In this document: piece after piece, positions 38,591-50,589 of the stretch
Position numbering within the stretch: the stretch's first letter is position 1
Layout: the number at the start of each line of letters is the position of its first letter
NCBI GenBank assembly: GCA_963774265.1
Contig: CAVZDU010000007.1
Coordinates: 64,001 to 128,000, forward strand
Direction: 5' to 3'
DNA: 64,000 nt
Source of the DNA: an uncultured Chloroflexia bacterium
GTDB lineage: Bacteria; Chloroflexota; Anaerolineae; CG2-30-64-16
Notes under the pieces: generated by a model
The model's input: the letters and a program-made list of their open reading frames with translations, nothing else
What the model was told of the DNA's origin: nothing
Databases searched by the model: none
Made by a program: the position numbers and the translations under genes

Positions 38591-39877
38591 TTGAGCAAGA
38601 GTAAGGTTGCGATCCTGCGTACGTCGCCAGCCACTGTCCTGGCAGACTATCACCGGCTGCTGAACCTGGCAGGTTACCAGGACGTGGTGGCCAAGGACGC
38701 GGATACGGCGCTGAAGGTTAATATCTCCTGGCACTTTTTTTATCCCGGAAGCTCCACCACGCCGTGGCAGCTCGAGGGCGTGATCCGCGCGATGAAGGCG
38801 GACGGGTACGATCCGAACCTGATCCACGCGTGCCACAACCGCACAGTGGTTATTGATGCGCACCTGGGCGAGCGCGAGAACAAGCAGCTCAACGTGATCG
38901 AAGCACACGGGTTGCGCAACATCCACCTGTACGAGGGCGAGGAGTGGATCCCCGTCCGTGAGGCGGTGGGCGATTTGGCGAAGAAGTTCCTGGTGCTCAA
39001 TGACGTCTACCCCGATGGGTTTATGATCCCCAAGCGGTTCATCGGCGAGAACATCATCCATCTGCCCACGGTCAAGACGCACATCTTCACGACCACCACC
39101 GGCGCGATGAAGAACGCGTTCGGCGGGCTGCTCAACGAGCGGCGTCACTGGACGCACCCGGTGATCCACGAGACGCTGGTCGACCTGCTGATGATCCAGC
39201 AGAAAATCCACCGGGGCATCTTTGCGGTCATGGATGGTACCTTCGCGGGTGACGGGCCGGGCCCGCGCTGCATGCTCCCCTACGCGAAGAATGTGATCCT
39301 GGCCTCGGCCGACCAGGTGGCCATCGACGCGGTGGCCGCCAAGCTGATGGGCATGGATCCCCTGTCGATCAAGTTCATTCGCCTGGCACACGACCTGGGG
39401 CTGGGCTGCGGCGACCCGCGCGAGATCGAAATCGTCGGCGACCTGGATGCCGCGGCGGAGAATTGGCGCTTCGCCGGTCCGTTCAAGAAGATGACCTTCG
39501 CCTCGCGGATGCAACACAAGATTTATTGGGGCCCGCTGAAGAAGCCCGTCGAGTGGTCGCTGAAGACCGTGCTGGCGCCTTGGAGCTACCTGGCGTCCGT
39601 CGCGTATCACGACACTATCTGGTACCCGTTCGTCGGCGCGCCGCGGGTGAAGGCCGCGTTCCGCAGCGATTGGGGCCGGCTGTTTCGTAATTGGGAGACC
39701 GTACGGCCCGATCCACTCGGCCAGGGCTACCCCGATGTGGGCCGGGAAACGCTGGAGCTGCAGCGCTCAGGCTCGTCGGTCTTCTGGCGCTCGTTCGGCG
39801 TGTTGGGCACGGCGGTCAAAGAGGCGCCGGAGTTTGCGGCCAGCCGCCGCCGCGCGGCGGTCGAGCGAGGCAAGTGA
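38591..39877 (+). CDS. DUF362-domain protein
   Basis: LKVNIS, LPTVKTH...TTGAMKNAFG, VMDG...GDGP, DQVAIDAV; AAGGAG RBS before TTG. Confidence 0.85.
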   Translation: MSKSKVAILRTSPATVLADYHRLLNLAGYQDVVAKDADTALKVNISWHFFYPGSSTTPWQLEGVIRAMKADGYDPNLIHACHNRTVVIDAHLGERENKQLNVIEAHGLRNIHLYEGEEWIPVREAVGDLAKKFLVLNDVYPDGFMIPKRFIGENIIHLPTVKTHIFTTTTGAMKNAFGGLLNERRHWTHPVIHETLVDLLMIQQKIHRGIFAVMDGTFAGDGPGPRCMLPYAKNVILASADQVAIDAVAAKLMGMDPLSIKFIRLAHDLGLGCGDPREIEIVGDLDAAAENWRFAGPFKKMTFASRMQHKIYWGPLKKPVEWSLKTVLAPWSYLASVAYHDTIWYPFVGAPRVKAAFRSDWGRLFRNWETVRPDPLGQGYPDVGRETLELQRSGSSVFWRSFGVLGTAVKEAPEFAASRRRAAVERGK

Positions 39878-40220
39878 AAGGTAGGGGGCGGATGGTTTTT
39901 CGTCCCGTGTCATAAATAGACTAAACCTGACCTGAATGAAATCTTTACGGAATCCATGATCATTAACGCGATCTTGTTGGTTGCGTTTCAACGGCGATGA
40001 TACAGGCTGATGCGAGGCCCGATCCGGCCAGCAGGTTTGCAGGCCTGCTTCAGAAAGGCCGACCGGTCTTTCAAATGGCGCGCTCTCGCATCAGTTCGCC
40101 GGGAGTCAGGGAGGCCGCGACTGTGCTCTTGTTGAGCCCTCTCAACCGCGTCCGAATTTCGTTGTCCATCTCCTCGAATTTGCGCGATAATTGCTGTACG
40201 CGGTGAAAGGAGGTCAGGCA

Positions 40221-41695
40221 ATGTTACGCAAAGTTGCGACCGCATGGGTGGTTCTTCTCCTCGCAGGGAGTTTCTGGGCGGCGTGTGTTCCTTCGGTATC
40301 CGCCGCCACGCCTGGTACTGGCGCGGACACCGCGCTACCTATACCGTCTGGCACCGTGACTCTGGCTCTTGGCCAGCGCATTTGGTATGGTTTTCAGTAT
40401 TCCGGAGACGGTTCGTCCATCCTGATCGATATGAGCGCTGAGCCGGGAGGCAGCGCCAATTTCGGCGTCTGGACGGCCGGCGATGTCCGCAATTGGGCCG
40501 CGGGCCAGGGCGAGCAGCCGACGGGCAGGGGCAGCGAGCAGACGATGACCCGCCGCCTGGCCGGCGGTGCGGTTGAAGAGATCAAGCTGTATGGCGGCGA
40601 CCTGATCTGGAGCGGCAGCTTCCGATCGGCCGGCGTCTACTACGTGGTCGCGGACCAGGCCGGTCCCAGCCCCGCGACCATCAACCTGAAGGTCACAGGC
40701 TCGGGCGTGTCTGCCATTCCGGGACCTGCCGCGCCGACTGCTGCGGTCCGTGCGCCGGCCAAGGCCGCTCCTGCGCGGGCCGCATGCACCCCGGCTGTGG
40801 CTCTCAATCTCCCGGCGGGGGCGCGGGCAGCGCGCCGGGCCAGGCGTTGGCGCTGCCGTCGACCGCCGCGTACCTGCTGCCGGTGGGCCAGGCCGCGTGG
40901 TATGCCTTCCGCTACGCAGGGGACGGCTCGCAGATCCTGATCGATTTGCGCGCCACGCCCGAGGGCAGCGCCCGGTTTGCGGTCTACACGCCAGGCGACA
41001 CCGGGACGCCGGTTGGACGGGGCAGCCAGCAGACGATGACCCGCCGGCTGGCCGACGGCACGGTTGAGAAGACGGAGCTCTATGGCGGCGACCTGATCTG
41101 GAGCGGCAGCTTCCGCTCGGCCGGCGTCTACTACGTTGCGGTCAGCCAGACCGGGGCCAGCCCCAGCACGATTACTTTCGGCATCAGCGGCAGCGGCGTG
41201 AGCGGCGGCCAGCCCGTCTCTGCGCTGCCCGGCAATTCGGAGCCGCCTGTCTGTGCACTGCCGGCAGCCGCGTCGCCGGCCGCGGTGACGCTCTCGGCTG
41301 GGGGTGCGGGCAGTGCGCCTGGCCAGGCGCTGGCTCTGCCGTCGACCGCGGCGTACCTGCTGCCCGAGGGCCAGGCCGTGTGGTTTGCCTTCCGGTACTC
41401 CGGCGACGGCTCGCAGATCTTGATTGACCTGCGCGCCACACCTGAGGACAGCGCCACGTTTGCCGTGTATACACCTGGCGACACCGGGACGCCGGTCGGG
41501 CGAGGCAGCCTGCAGACGAAATCTCGCCGTCTGGCCGATGGCACGGTCGAACGGACCAAGCTGTACGGCGGCGACCTGATCTGGAGCGGCAGCTTCCGCT
41601 TAGCTGGCGTCTACTTTGTTGCGGTCGATCAGACCGGTCGCAACCCCAGCACGATCACGCTGAAGATCGCAGGCACGGGCGTGTCCACGCCCTGA
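40221..41695 (+). CDS. secreted protein with three ~120-aa beta-sandwich-like repeats (frameshift near 40815)
   Basis: Signal peptide; three copies of W(Y/F).F.Y.GDGS.ILID...GRGS.QT..RRLA.G.VE...LYGGDLIWSGSFR.AGVY. Confidence 0.8.
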
Positions 41696-41915
41696 CCTCG
41701 CCGGATGCACGTGGGTGGGCAGAGCGGATCTGTCCCCCCACGTCTCTGGGCGGACGCCCATCGGTCCACGGTGCACCCACGTCCTTCTGAGTGCCGATCC
41801 AAGCCTACTCTGCAAGTCTTCCTGCCGGTCCCCACACAAGCCTGCCAGGCTCGCAACCCGTCCGATCAACGTCCCATTTTTCTTGTATCAACCCTGCTCA
41901 TTTTTTGGTATTTTC

Positions 41916-41976
41916 TTTATTGAGATATCAATAAATCGAAAATATGTATTGACAATATTGAGACATTCGTGATATT
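41916..41976 (+). promoter_or_regulatory. palindromic operator and promoter for the MFS gene
   Basis: tttattga-gata-tcaataaa at 41916-41935; TTGACA at 41949. Confidence 0.55.
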
Positions 41977-42006
41977 GTCTCCTCAGGATTTTGAGAGGAG
42001 CGGGAC

Positions 42007-43320
42007 ATGACATCTCCAAGCGATCGAGAGGCGGCGCGGCCCTGGGCGCGACGCTTTTTTGCGATCTGGGCCGGGCAGGCCTTTTCGCTGTTGGGCAGTA
42101 TGCTCGTCCAGTTTGCACTGGTGTGGTGGTTAACCAGTACGACCGGCTCGGCGACGGTCCTGACCACGGCGACGATCTTCGCGATCCTGCCGCAGGTGTT
42201 TATCGGACCCTTTGCGGGCGCCCTGGTCGACCGCTGGGATCGCCGCAAGGTGATGATCGTCGCGGATGGATCTATCGCGTTGGTCACCCTGGGGCTCGTG
42301 ATATTGTACGCGGCAGGCGGCATCCAGGTCTGGCACGTGTACGCTGCCATGTTGCTGCGCGCCGCCCTGGGTGCATTTCACTTCCCCGCCATGCAGGCGT
42401 CCACTTCGCTGTTGGTTCCCGACAAACAACTGGCGCGCGTCAATGGGCTGAATCAGGGTCTCCAGGGGCTGATGAATATTGTTGCACCCCCCCTGGGCGC
42501 ACTTCTTTTGGGCGTCATGTCCCTGCATCAAGTTCTGATGATCGATATCGTTACGGCTCTTTTGGCAATCCTCCCGCTTTTCTTTGTCGCCATACCGCAT
42601 CCTCCATTCCGCTCCGTTGCAGCCGACGCGAACCTCGTCAGGGCAGTGCTGATCGACATGCGCGAGGGTCTTCGCTACGTACGGGCCTGGCCGGGCCTGC
42701 TGATCCTGATACTGGTCGCCATGGCCCTCAACTTCGTTCTCGTCCCGTCAGGTTCACTTATGCCGCTGCTGGTCACCGAGCATTTTCGAGGCGGCGCGTT
42801 GCAGCTTGGGTGGTTGGAGTCGGCCATGGGAATCGGCGTGGTCAGCGGTGGGATTCTCTTGGGCGCATGGGGTGGTTTCAAGCGCCGCGTCCTCACCTCG
42901 ATGATGGGGGTGGTCGGCATCGGCCTGGGCACCGCGTTGATCGGTGTAACTCCTGCCGGCCTGATTGGAGTCGCGCTGGCCGGCATGTTCATCACCGGCT
43001 TCATGGGCCCCATGGCCAATGGGCCCCTGTTTGCCCTCATCCAATCGACCGTGGAACCTGGCATCCAGGGCCGCGTCATGTCGCTTATCGGCAGCGGCGC
43101 GGGCGCGATGATGCCCCTCAGCCTGCTCCTGGCCGGTCCGCTGGCAGACGTTGTAGGGGTCCGGACGTGGTATGTCCTGGGCGGCGTGATATGCGTCGTG
43201 ATCGCCGTGGCTTGCATTGCGGTGCGTCCCCTCATGGAGATTGAGCGGAACGGCCATACCCAGGCTGCGGCAGATGCCCTGCCTGGGAGGCTGGTGTCCG
43301 ATCCCCTCGCCGGCGACTGA
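42007..43320 (+). CDS. MFS transporter (DHA3/macrolide-efflux-like)
   Basis: IWAGQAFSLLGS, GALVDRWDRR, ~12 TM helices. Confidence 0.9.
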   Translation: MTSPSDREAARPWARRFFAIWAGQAFSLLGSMLVQFALVWWLTSTTGSATVLTTATIFAILPQVFIGPFAGALVDRWDRRKVMIVADGSIALVTLGLVILYAAGGIQVWHVYAAMLLRAALGAFHFPAMQASTSLLVPDKQLARVNGLNQGLQGLMNIVAPPLGALLLGVMSLHQVLMIDIVTALLAILPLFFVAIPHPPFRSVAADANLVRAVLIDMREGLRYVRAWPGLLILILVAMALNFVLVPSGSLMPLLVTEHFRGGALQLGWLESAMGIGVVSGGILLGAWGGFKRRVLTSMMGVVGIGLGTALIGVTPAGLIGVALAGMFITGFMGPMANGPLFALIQSTVEPGIQGRVMSLIGSGAGAMMPLSLLLAGPLADVVGVRTWYVLGGVICVVIAVACIAVRPLMEIERNGHTQAAADALPGRLVSDPLAGD

Positions 43321-43369
43321 TCCTTTTGGTCGAGTTTCGGGTACAATGGCAGGCGTTTGGAGCGCCTTA

Positions 43370-44596
43370 ATGTTTTCTCGCTTGCGAAACCTGGGTGCGA
43401 TGTATCCCAGGCAGTTCTGGGTTTTGTTGTGGGGCATGCTGCTCACCAGTATCGGCGGCAGCATGTGGTGGCCTTTCATCACCATCTACATGCGCGAACG
43501 GCTCAATGTGCCGTTGACGCAGGTCACGCTCCTGTTCACCCTGTACTCGGCTGCAGGGCTGATCGCCACTTCGTTGGTGGGTCCCGCGGTCGATCGTTTC
43601 GGCCGCCGCAGTGCCATGATCGCAGGCCTCGCCATCCCGGGCCTTGCGCTCGGCTCGATGGGTCTTGTGCACGGCCTCGGGCCATGGGCGATCGCCTTGA
43701 CAGTCATGGGGATGTTCGCGCCGATGTACCGCGTCGGCGCCGACGCAATGGTCGCGGACCTCGTCCCCGCGGACGAGCGCGTCAAGGCTTACTCAGTTCT
43801 CCGCATGGGCAATAACGTGGGCGTCGCAATCGGCCCCGCTATCGGTGGGTTCGTTGCAGCCGTGTCGTACGATCTCGCGTACTTCTCCGCAGGCGCGGCC
43901 AACCTGGTCTTCGCGCTCCTTGTTTTCCTGCTGGTGCGCGAGACGATGCAACGAACTGGCGAGACGAGTCGCACATCTGAGGCGGCAGGCTATGGCCCAG
44001 TGCTGCGGGACCGGCGATTTCTTGCCTTCTGCCTCGTCATGGTGATCGCCACGATCCCGTCTCCCCTGCTGTGGATGTTGATGCCGGCATATGCCAAGGA
44101 GCACTTCGGTGTGGTAGAGTCGCAGATAGGATTCATCATGTCGATGAACGCCGTGATGGTCGTCGTGCTCCAGGTGATCGTCACACGCTGGAGCTCACGC
44201 CGTCCGCAGCTGCGCATCCTTGCCCTGGGTGCGCTGCTCTACGGGCTTGGCGTGGGCAGCGTCGCACTGGGTGCGGGCTTCTGGGCCTTTATGATGAGCA
44301 TGATTGTCCTGACGTTTGGCGAGCTGCTGCTGGCGCCAACGGGCACCGCGTTTTCCGCCAATGCCGCACCCCCAGAGATGCGCGGCCGTTACATGGGGTT
44401 ATACGGCCTTACCTGGAGCGTTGCGTTCGGCATCGGGCCGGTGCTGGGCGGGTGGCTGAATGACAACGTCGCGCCGGTCGCCACGTGGGTCGGCGGGCTG
44501 GCTGCCGGACTGATCGGTGTGGCGGGGTTCCTGGCGCTGCAGCGAGTGATCACACGGCGCGCCCGAGTGCGCGGGGCGCAGCCGACCACGGGATGA
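43370..44596 (+). CDS. MFS transporter
   Basis: GPAVDRFGRR motif A, ~12 TM helices. Confidence 0.9.
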   Translation: MFSRLRNLGAMYPRQFWVLLWGMLLTSIGGSMWWPFITIYMRERLNVPLTQVTLLFTLYSAAGLIATSLVGPAVDRFGRRSAMIAGLAIPGLALGSMGLVHGLGPWAIALTVMGMFAPMYRVGADAMVADLVPADERVKAYSVLRMGNNVGVAIGPAIGGFVAAVSYDLAYFSAGAANLVFALLVFLLVRETMQRTGETSRTSEAAGYGPVLRDRRFLAFCLVMVIATIPSPLLWMLMPAYAKEHFGVVESQIGFIMSMNAVMVVVLQVIVTRWSSRRPQLRILALGALLYGLGVGSVALGAGFWAFMMSMIVLTFGELLLAPTGTAFSANAAPPEMRGRYMGLYGLTWSVAFGIGPVLGGWLNDNVAPVATWVGGLAAGLIGVAGFLALQRVITRRARVRGAQPTTG

Positions 44597-44790
44597 GGCC
44601 AGTTATTGGTTACCCGTTTTTGCGATCCAGTGCAAGGGCCACACCCATAGCCGCAGCGATTCGTTCCTTATGTTAAGGAATCGTGGTCGGCCGGCTCTCT
44701 GAGCGCAATGCGCGGAACACCCGCAGTCCTGGTTGCGTCTCATTGGCAAGCGGAACCACGTATCTGTCCCACCAGTCACGGAGATGAGCC

Positions 44791-47700
44791 ATGAAAGCTC
44801 GCTATCCAATAATCGGCCTGGTTGTATTGCTAGTTTTGCTCGGGGGCTGCGCCGGTCAGTCGCCGCGGCCGCCGGCAATGACACCCACCGCCCCCGCCAC
44901 ACAACCGGCTCCAGGGGCAACTTCGGCTCTAATTGCGACCCCTCTGCCTTCGGCTGATGTTGCGCCGGCGGCGGCCGCGGCGCCCACGACGAGCCCCCCT
45001 GCCCTCAGCACGACGAGCAGCAAGGTGTTCAATATCGGCCTGCCCGCTGGCGATGCCTACAGCCCAATGAGCGTGGCCATCGACGACGTGCAAGGCATCG
45101 CCTACGTCTATCATGGCGACTCAACCGAGCGACGGCCGGTCATTTCGGTCGTCGACCTTGCCGGCGGGCAGGTGACTCGCTTGATCCGGCTTGCGGAGAC
45201 CACTCCGAGCGGAGGAGGCCGGTTGCTCATGGCGCCGGACCGCAAGCAGCTCTACCTCATCAGCTTCCAAACCTGGTCACTGACACCCGTCAATGTGGAG
45301 ACCGGGGTGCTGGGACAGCCGGTGTCCGGAATTCACGATGGTGTGCTGAGCGAGGATGGACGAATCCTCTATTCGCTTGGCGCGACCGGCCTGCGCCGCG
45401 CATGTGCTGGTGGACCTGCTAGGCGGGAATGACCATCCACTTTGGCAAGTGGAGGATGTGCGCTTTGTGCACCTGGCTCTGAACGGCGAACGACTGGCGG
45501 CCGGCGCACTCGACCCCGAGCGCAGTCTTATCAGTTTCGACGTGCGGACCGGAGCGGAGATCGCTCGCGTTGCACTAACCGACTATCTGGGTGGCCTGGC
45601 CGCGGGACCGGATGGTGGCTGGGCGGCCACGGTGACTGGCGAGAAAGCCGTGTTGATCCGTTACGACGCGGCGCTCAAAGCGATCGGTGAGACTCCCATT
45701 CCGTATGCCTATGAGTTGACATATGACTCCCTGCGCCAGCAATACCTGGTCGCCGGGTATATGCCGGGCCACGAGAGCGACGCACTCCCCGTTATCCTCG
45801 GCTTTAGCGCGGACGATTTGGGGCGCGTCGCCATTCAGGATTGGCCGGATCATGAGGCGCCGACGGCCTTTCTGCCATGGGGACGCGACATGCTGGTCGG
45901 CTTTACCCCTGCCGGGACTGCACGCCTTTCGCTCTTTGATGCCGCAAGCCTGGCGCCGCGTGGACGCATCGTGACCGGCGTCCGGGCCACCGACATTGCA
46001 CTTGATGACGGGTCGGGCACGCTGTACGTGGCCGATGATCATGAGCGCATCCACGTGCTGAGGCTGCCGGAGGGCCGGGAGATCGACCTTTGGGAGGGTG
46101 GGTCGCCCCTGGTGCTGGACCCAGCCAACCGGCGACTGTATGCAGATACGAACGCGGGCGTTCGGGCATTGGACATGGGCACCGGCGAGGTGGTCGCTTC
46201 CTACTCTCAGAGTGGCTACGCCGCGCCCGATCCGAACCGCGACCTCGTCTACATCGCCCAACGTGGCGTGACGATGTTCGATCGCAGCGGAAAGCAACTT
46301 GGTAAGCTGGATACGACCTTCCCCGTTGAGGGCGGCTTCGTCCCGAATGCCTACGCCTACGCGGCCATCGTCAACCCGGTCACCGGCCATGTCGGCATCA
46401 TCCTGAACAACGGCACTCCTGGCTCGAACAACGGCAGCTTCCTGCGCATTTATCCGCCCGAGTCCGACATGCCGGTCGAGGTGGGCGGGCCGCACAGCTT
46501 TGTTCTGGATGTGCTCACCGACCACAGCGGCAACTGGCACGTGGCGTACAGTCCCGCGCGGAATCAGGAAGCGATCCAGGTGCTCAGCCCCAGCGGGGAG
46601 GAGCTGCGCCGTTTGAATGGCCGGACGGGCAACATGGTCTTGGACGAAGCGAATGGGCGCTTATATCTGCTGCTCGAGGGCACGGTTACCATTCTCGATG
46701 CGTCGTCGTTGACGCCGAAAGACTTCTACATCGGACCCGAACACATCGATTCGATGGCGTTCAGCCCCAGCCGGCGCGCGCTCTACATCGCCTCCGGTGA
46801 CGGCCCCCGCGTTGAGACGTGGAGCCTCAACAGCCTCCGGCACATGGACCTGCGACCCCAACCAGGGTCCCCTGCGCAGCAATCGTCGCATTATGCGAAT
46901 TCTGGCTTGGCAGTCACCGGTGGCGGCCGGTCGAGCTGGGTCGTGGCAGCGTTCGACGACCTGTACCGCACGCGCGACGGAGCGATGTGGGAAAAGCTGC
47001 CGGTCGGGGTGCAATCTCATTGGGGGTACGTCACGACTGCTGAACCGAACACGATCTTTTTTGCAGGTCAAGGCTCACTTGGCGCGGATGGCGTATGGCG
47101 CAGCACCGATGCCGGCGACACGTGGGAGCTGTTGGCCGCGGGGTTGACGGACCTGCGTCCGTCCGGCCCCGTCCTGGCCCGGGGCCCGGATGAAGCGTAT
47201 TTCCAGAACCGGAGCCAGGGGCTGCTGCGCTGGGATTCAGCGGGACGCACATGGCAGGAGGTCGGGGCGAAGCCTGAGGATGGCGATTGGGGCACGCTTT
47301 CGCTTGCGCCGGATGGCGTCTTGTTCCGCGCCGGTACTGATCTGCTGGCGCGCAGCGACGACCAGGGCGAAAGCTGGGAAATGTTGAAGCCACCGGGCAA
47401 GAGCGGAGAGATCATCGGTTTCACTCCCCTCTATACGGTGACGCACACGCTTTTCGGGATGTGGGGCGATCTCGATCGGCAGCTGCTGCGCTCGCGGGAC
47501 GCTGGGGAGACCTGGCAGCCGGTGACCGGCATGATCGACTTTACCCCAGACAGCTACACCCCACAGATGGTGACCGGTTTCGGTGAAATGGTTATGTTGG
47601 TGCGCCGATCCATCAACGCGCCGCTTCTCCTCCGCTCAACCGATCTGGGGGAGACGTGGCTGGTCGCGCCGGCCGAGATAGCCGCCGGCGCGGAGAACCT

Positions 47701-48355
47701 GGCAGTGGATCCCCTTAATGGGCGACTTTGGCTGGGCGTTATGGGCGGGGTGCGCTCGATCATGCTGGACGATGTGCTGCCGTGGCTTCCGACCTCAAGC
47801 ATCACCCAGACCGCGACCACGACGCCCGTCCCCGCGGGGACAGGCGTTCCGGCGATCAAGGCGACACCGGGGTCATCGCCAGAGTCGCGCGGCCTCCAGC
47901 CCACCGCGACCGCGGGCCCCTGCGAGCAGCCATTGACCGGCAATGATGTGGAGCTGAATGCGCGAGGACTTGGTCTCGGATGCCCGCGTGGGACGGCCAC
48001 TCCGGTGCCCGCGGCACGCCAACACTTCCAGAACGGCCAGATGATCTGGCGCGGGGACCAGCGATGGATCTACGTCCTCTACAATGACGGGCGGTGGGAG
48101 GGGTACAGTGACAAGTGGGTCGAGGGTGATCCCGCGGACGATCCTGCGCTGACGCCGCCCGAGGGCCTGCAGCAACCCGTGCGTGGTTTCGGCAAGGTGT
48201 GGCGTGAGAGCCTGGGCGGAGCAAAGGCCGCGATCGGCTGGGCGCAGGAAAAGGAACAGGGCCAGTCCGCGCAAATCCAGGACTGGGACTATGGCACCGT
48301 ACTGCAGTTCGGCGGCGAGTTCATTGTGTTGCTCGATCGCGGCGCGTGGCGCTAG
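44791..48355 (+). CDS. large lipoprotein with beta-propeller and BNR/Asp-box repeats (frameshift near 45395)
   Basis: LGGC lipobox; RSTDAGDTW, RSDDQGESW, RSRDAGETW; C-terminal PVRGFGKVW domain. Confidence 0.8.
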
Positions 48356-48446
48356 GCTTTCCCCTGCAGTCGGAATTGTTGCAACCGTGGGCGGCCTTTC
48401 TGCGTAGAATCGGGTGTAGTAAGGAAGTAAACGCAAGGAGGGCATC

Positions 48447-49178
48447 ATGTCCACGACGGTACGGATTTTTGGAGTGCTGCTGGTCTTGGCCATGCTGGCT
48501 GGCTGCACAACGACGATGGGGGGCGCAGTGATCACAGGTTCAGGTCGGGCGACCACGCAGGAATATGACTTCAGCGGATTTTCTAAGGTGAACGTGAGCA
48601 GCGCGTTCAGGGTGGCGATCAACCGTGGGGAGAGCTTCGGCGTGTCGGTCACGATCGATGACAACCTGGTCGAGTACCTTGACGTGCGCGTCGAGGGCGA
48701 TACGTTGCGCATCGGCATGAAGCCGCGCGTCAGCCTCGGCTTCCGCAACACGACACAGAAAGCGGAAATCACGATGCCCGATCTCGAAGGCATCGAACTG
48801 AGCGGCGCCACACAAGGCGACGTGTCCGGCTTCGAGAGCAACAAGCCATTGGGGGTCGAAATTTCGGGCGCGAGCCGGCTGCGCGGCGACATTACGGCGG
48901 GCGAAACGCGGATGCGGGTGTCAGGTGCGAGCATCGTCGAGATCGGCGGCAGCGCGAGCGGCCTGGATGTCGGGGCCTCAGGTGCGAGCAGCGTGCGCCT
49001 GGATGGCTTTACCACCCAGGATGCGCGGGTGGACGCCAGCGGCGCAAGCAACATCACCGTGAATGCGAAGGGCCGGGTGACCGGCTCCGCAAGCGGTGCA
49101 TCGACAGTGCATTACATCGGCGAGCCTGAGTCAGTGCGCGTGGACAGTTCCGGCGCGTCGAACGTGCGTCAGAAGTAG
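48447..49178 (+). CDS. head GIN-domain (DUF2807) lipoprotein
   Basis: LAGC lipobox, DDNL, repeated SGAS. Confidence 0.88.
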   Translation: MSTTVRIFGVLLVLAMLAGCTTTMGGAVITGSGRATTQEYDFSGFSKVNVSSAFRVAINRGESFGVSVTIDDNLVEYLDVRVEGDTLRIGMKPRVSLGFRNTTQKAEITMPDLEGIELSGATQGDVSGFESNKPLGVEISGASRLRGDITAGETRMRVSGASIVEIGGSASGLDVGASGASSVRLDGFTTQDARVDASGASNITVNAKGRVTGSASGASTVHYIGEPESVRVDSSGASNVRQK

Positions 49179-49198
49179 CTTTTCTTCCGGATTCTCGT

Positions 49199-49230
49199 CG
49201 AAAAGCCCGGGCTAGCGCCTGGGCTTTTCG
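49199..49230. terminator. bidirectional terminator
   Basis: cgaaaagcccggg...cctgggcttttcg between convergent genes. Confidence 0.75.
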
Positions 49231-49238
49231 TTTCTGAA

Positions 49239-49442
49239 TCAGTCCTTCGCGATCATGACCTCGGTGGCCTTGATCACCGCGCGGACCTCGTCGCCCACCT
49301 TAAGGCCGAGCGACTCCGCAGAGCCGCGTGTGATGGCTGCGACGACCTCAACACCAGCGACCTCGACGACAACCTCTGCCATGACTGCACCGAGCTTGAT
49401 TGACTTGATAGTTCCTGCGAGTTGATTGCGTGCGCTAAGCAT
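49239..49442 (-). CDS. molybdate-binding TOBE (Mop/molbindin) protein
   Basis: SARNQLAG...AAITRGS...VIKATEV. Confidence 0.92.
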   Translation of the reverse strand: MLSARNQLAGTIKSIKLGAVMAEVVVEVAGVEVVAAITRGSAESLGLKVGDEVRAVIKATEVMIAKD

Positions 49443-49663
49443 ATTTCTCTCCTTTTTGAGTAATGGGTGGTTCAGTGGCTTAATTGTGGGCGCAAATGCC
49501 GCGGCTGTCAACGGGGCATCCTCACAATGCGCGGTTCTTCACGGATTCTAATCTAACTTTAATGGCCATTTGGCCGCATTATGCGTATAATACGGGCGCG
49601 CCTGGACTTCTGTCCGGGCGCGGTTTCTTGTTTACATCATCCTTTCTTTGAGGCGCCCAAGAT

Positions 49664-50587
49664 ATGATTGAAGTTTCTGAACTCAAGAAATCGTATGGCG
49701 CGGTTGAAGCTCTGCGTGGCGTCAGCTTCGACATTGCGCCAGGGCAGATCGTCGGGCTGCTCGGCCCAAACGGTGCAGGCAAAACGACGATCATCAAAAT
49801 CCTCACCGGTTATCTGCAACCTGATGCTGGCGGGGTGACGGTCGATGGGCTGGATGTAATGACACATACGCGCGAAGTGCAGGCCCGGATCGGCTACCTG
49901 CCCGAGAACGCGCCGCTCTACCCGGAGCTTTCGGTGCAAGGCTACCTGAAGATGATGGCGGAGCTGCGTCAGATTCCCGAGGGGAACCAGATCGCGCGAA
50001 TCTCCGAGGCGGTGTACGCAACGGGCCTGACCGAGCATCTCACACGACCCATCGCAACCTTATCGAAGGGCTTCCGCCAGCGGGTCGGCCTGGCCCAGGC
50101 CATCCTGCACCAGCCCAAGCTTCTGATCCTCGATGAGCCGACCGTCGGCCTTGATCCCACGCAGATCGTCGAAATCCGCCGCCTGATCCACCGGTTGGCC
50201 GACCAGTCGACCATCCTTTTCTCCACCCACATCCTGTCCGAGGTGGAGGCGCTGTGCGACCGGGCGATCATCCTGATCAATGGCCTGGTCAAGGCGGATG
50301 CCCGGCTGGCGGACCTGGAAGAAACCGCAGATGCGGTGCTCGTGCTGGGCGGGAAGACCGACGGCGTAGAGCGCGGCGCTGCGATCATTGCCGCGGCGTG
50401 CGCGGCATTGAACCGCTGCGCAGCAGCGACGGCCATCCCGTCCTACCGCATCATGGGTATGGGCGATGTGGATTTGTGCCCGGCCATGTATGACCTGGCC
50501 CGGACAGAAGGCTGGCCCGTCCGTGAGCTGCGCCGCGACGTGCGTACGCTCGAAACGGTCTTCAACCAGCTTGCGACGGGGGCATGA
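49664..50587 (+). CDS. ABC-2 ATP-binding protein (GldA-like)
   Basis: GPNGAGKT, LSKGFRQR, LILDEPT. Confidence 0.92.
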   Translation: MIEVSELKKSYGAVEALRGVSFDIAPGQIVGLLGPNGAGKTTIIKILTGYLQPDAGGVTVDGLDVMTHTREVQARIGYLPENAPLYPELSVQGYLKMMAELRQIPEGNQIARISEAVYATGLTEHLTRPIATLSKGFRQRVGLAQAILHQPKLLILDEPTVGLDPTQIVEIRRLIHRLADQSTILFSTHILSEVEALCDRAIILINGLVKADARLADLEETADAVLVLGGKTDGVERGAAIIAAACAALNRCAAATAIPSYRIMGMGDVDLCPAMYDLARTEGWPVRELRRDVRTLETVFNQLATGA

Positions 50588-50589
50588 CC

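Noticed and set aside
49443-49660. Moco riboswitch or ModE box upstream of the Mop gene; hairpin at ~49596-49631
   Set aside because: No recognisable consensus; the hairpin could be a 5' UTR structure of the ABC operon and cannot be assigned
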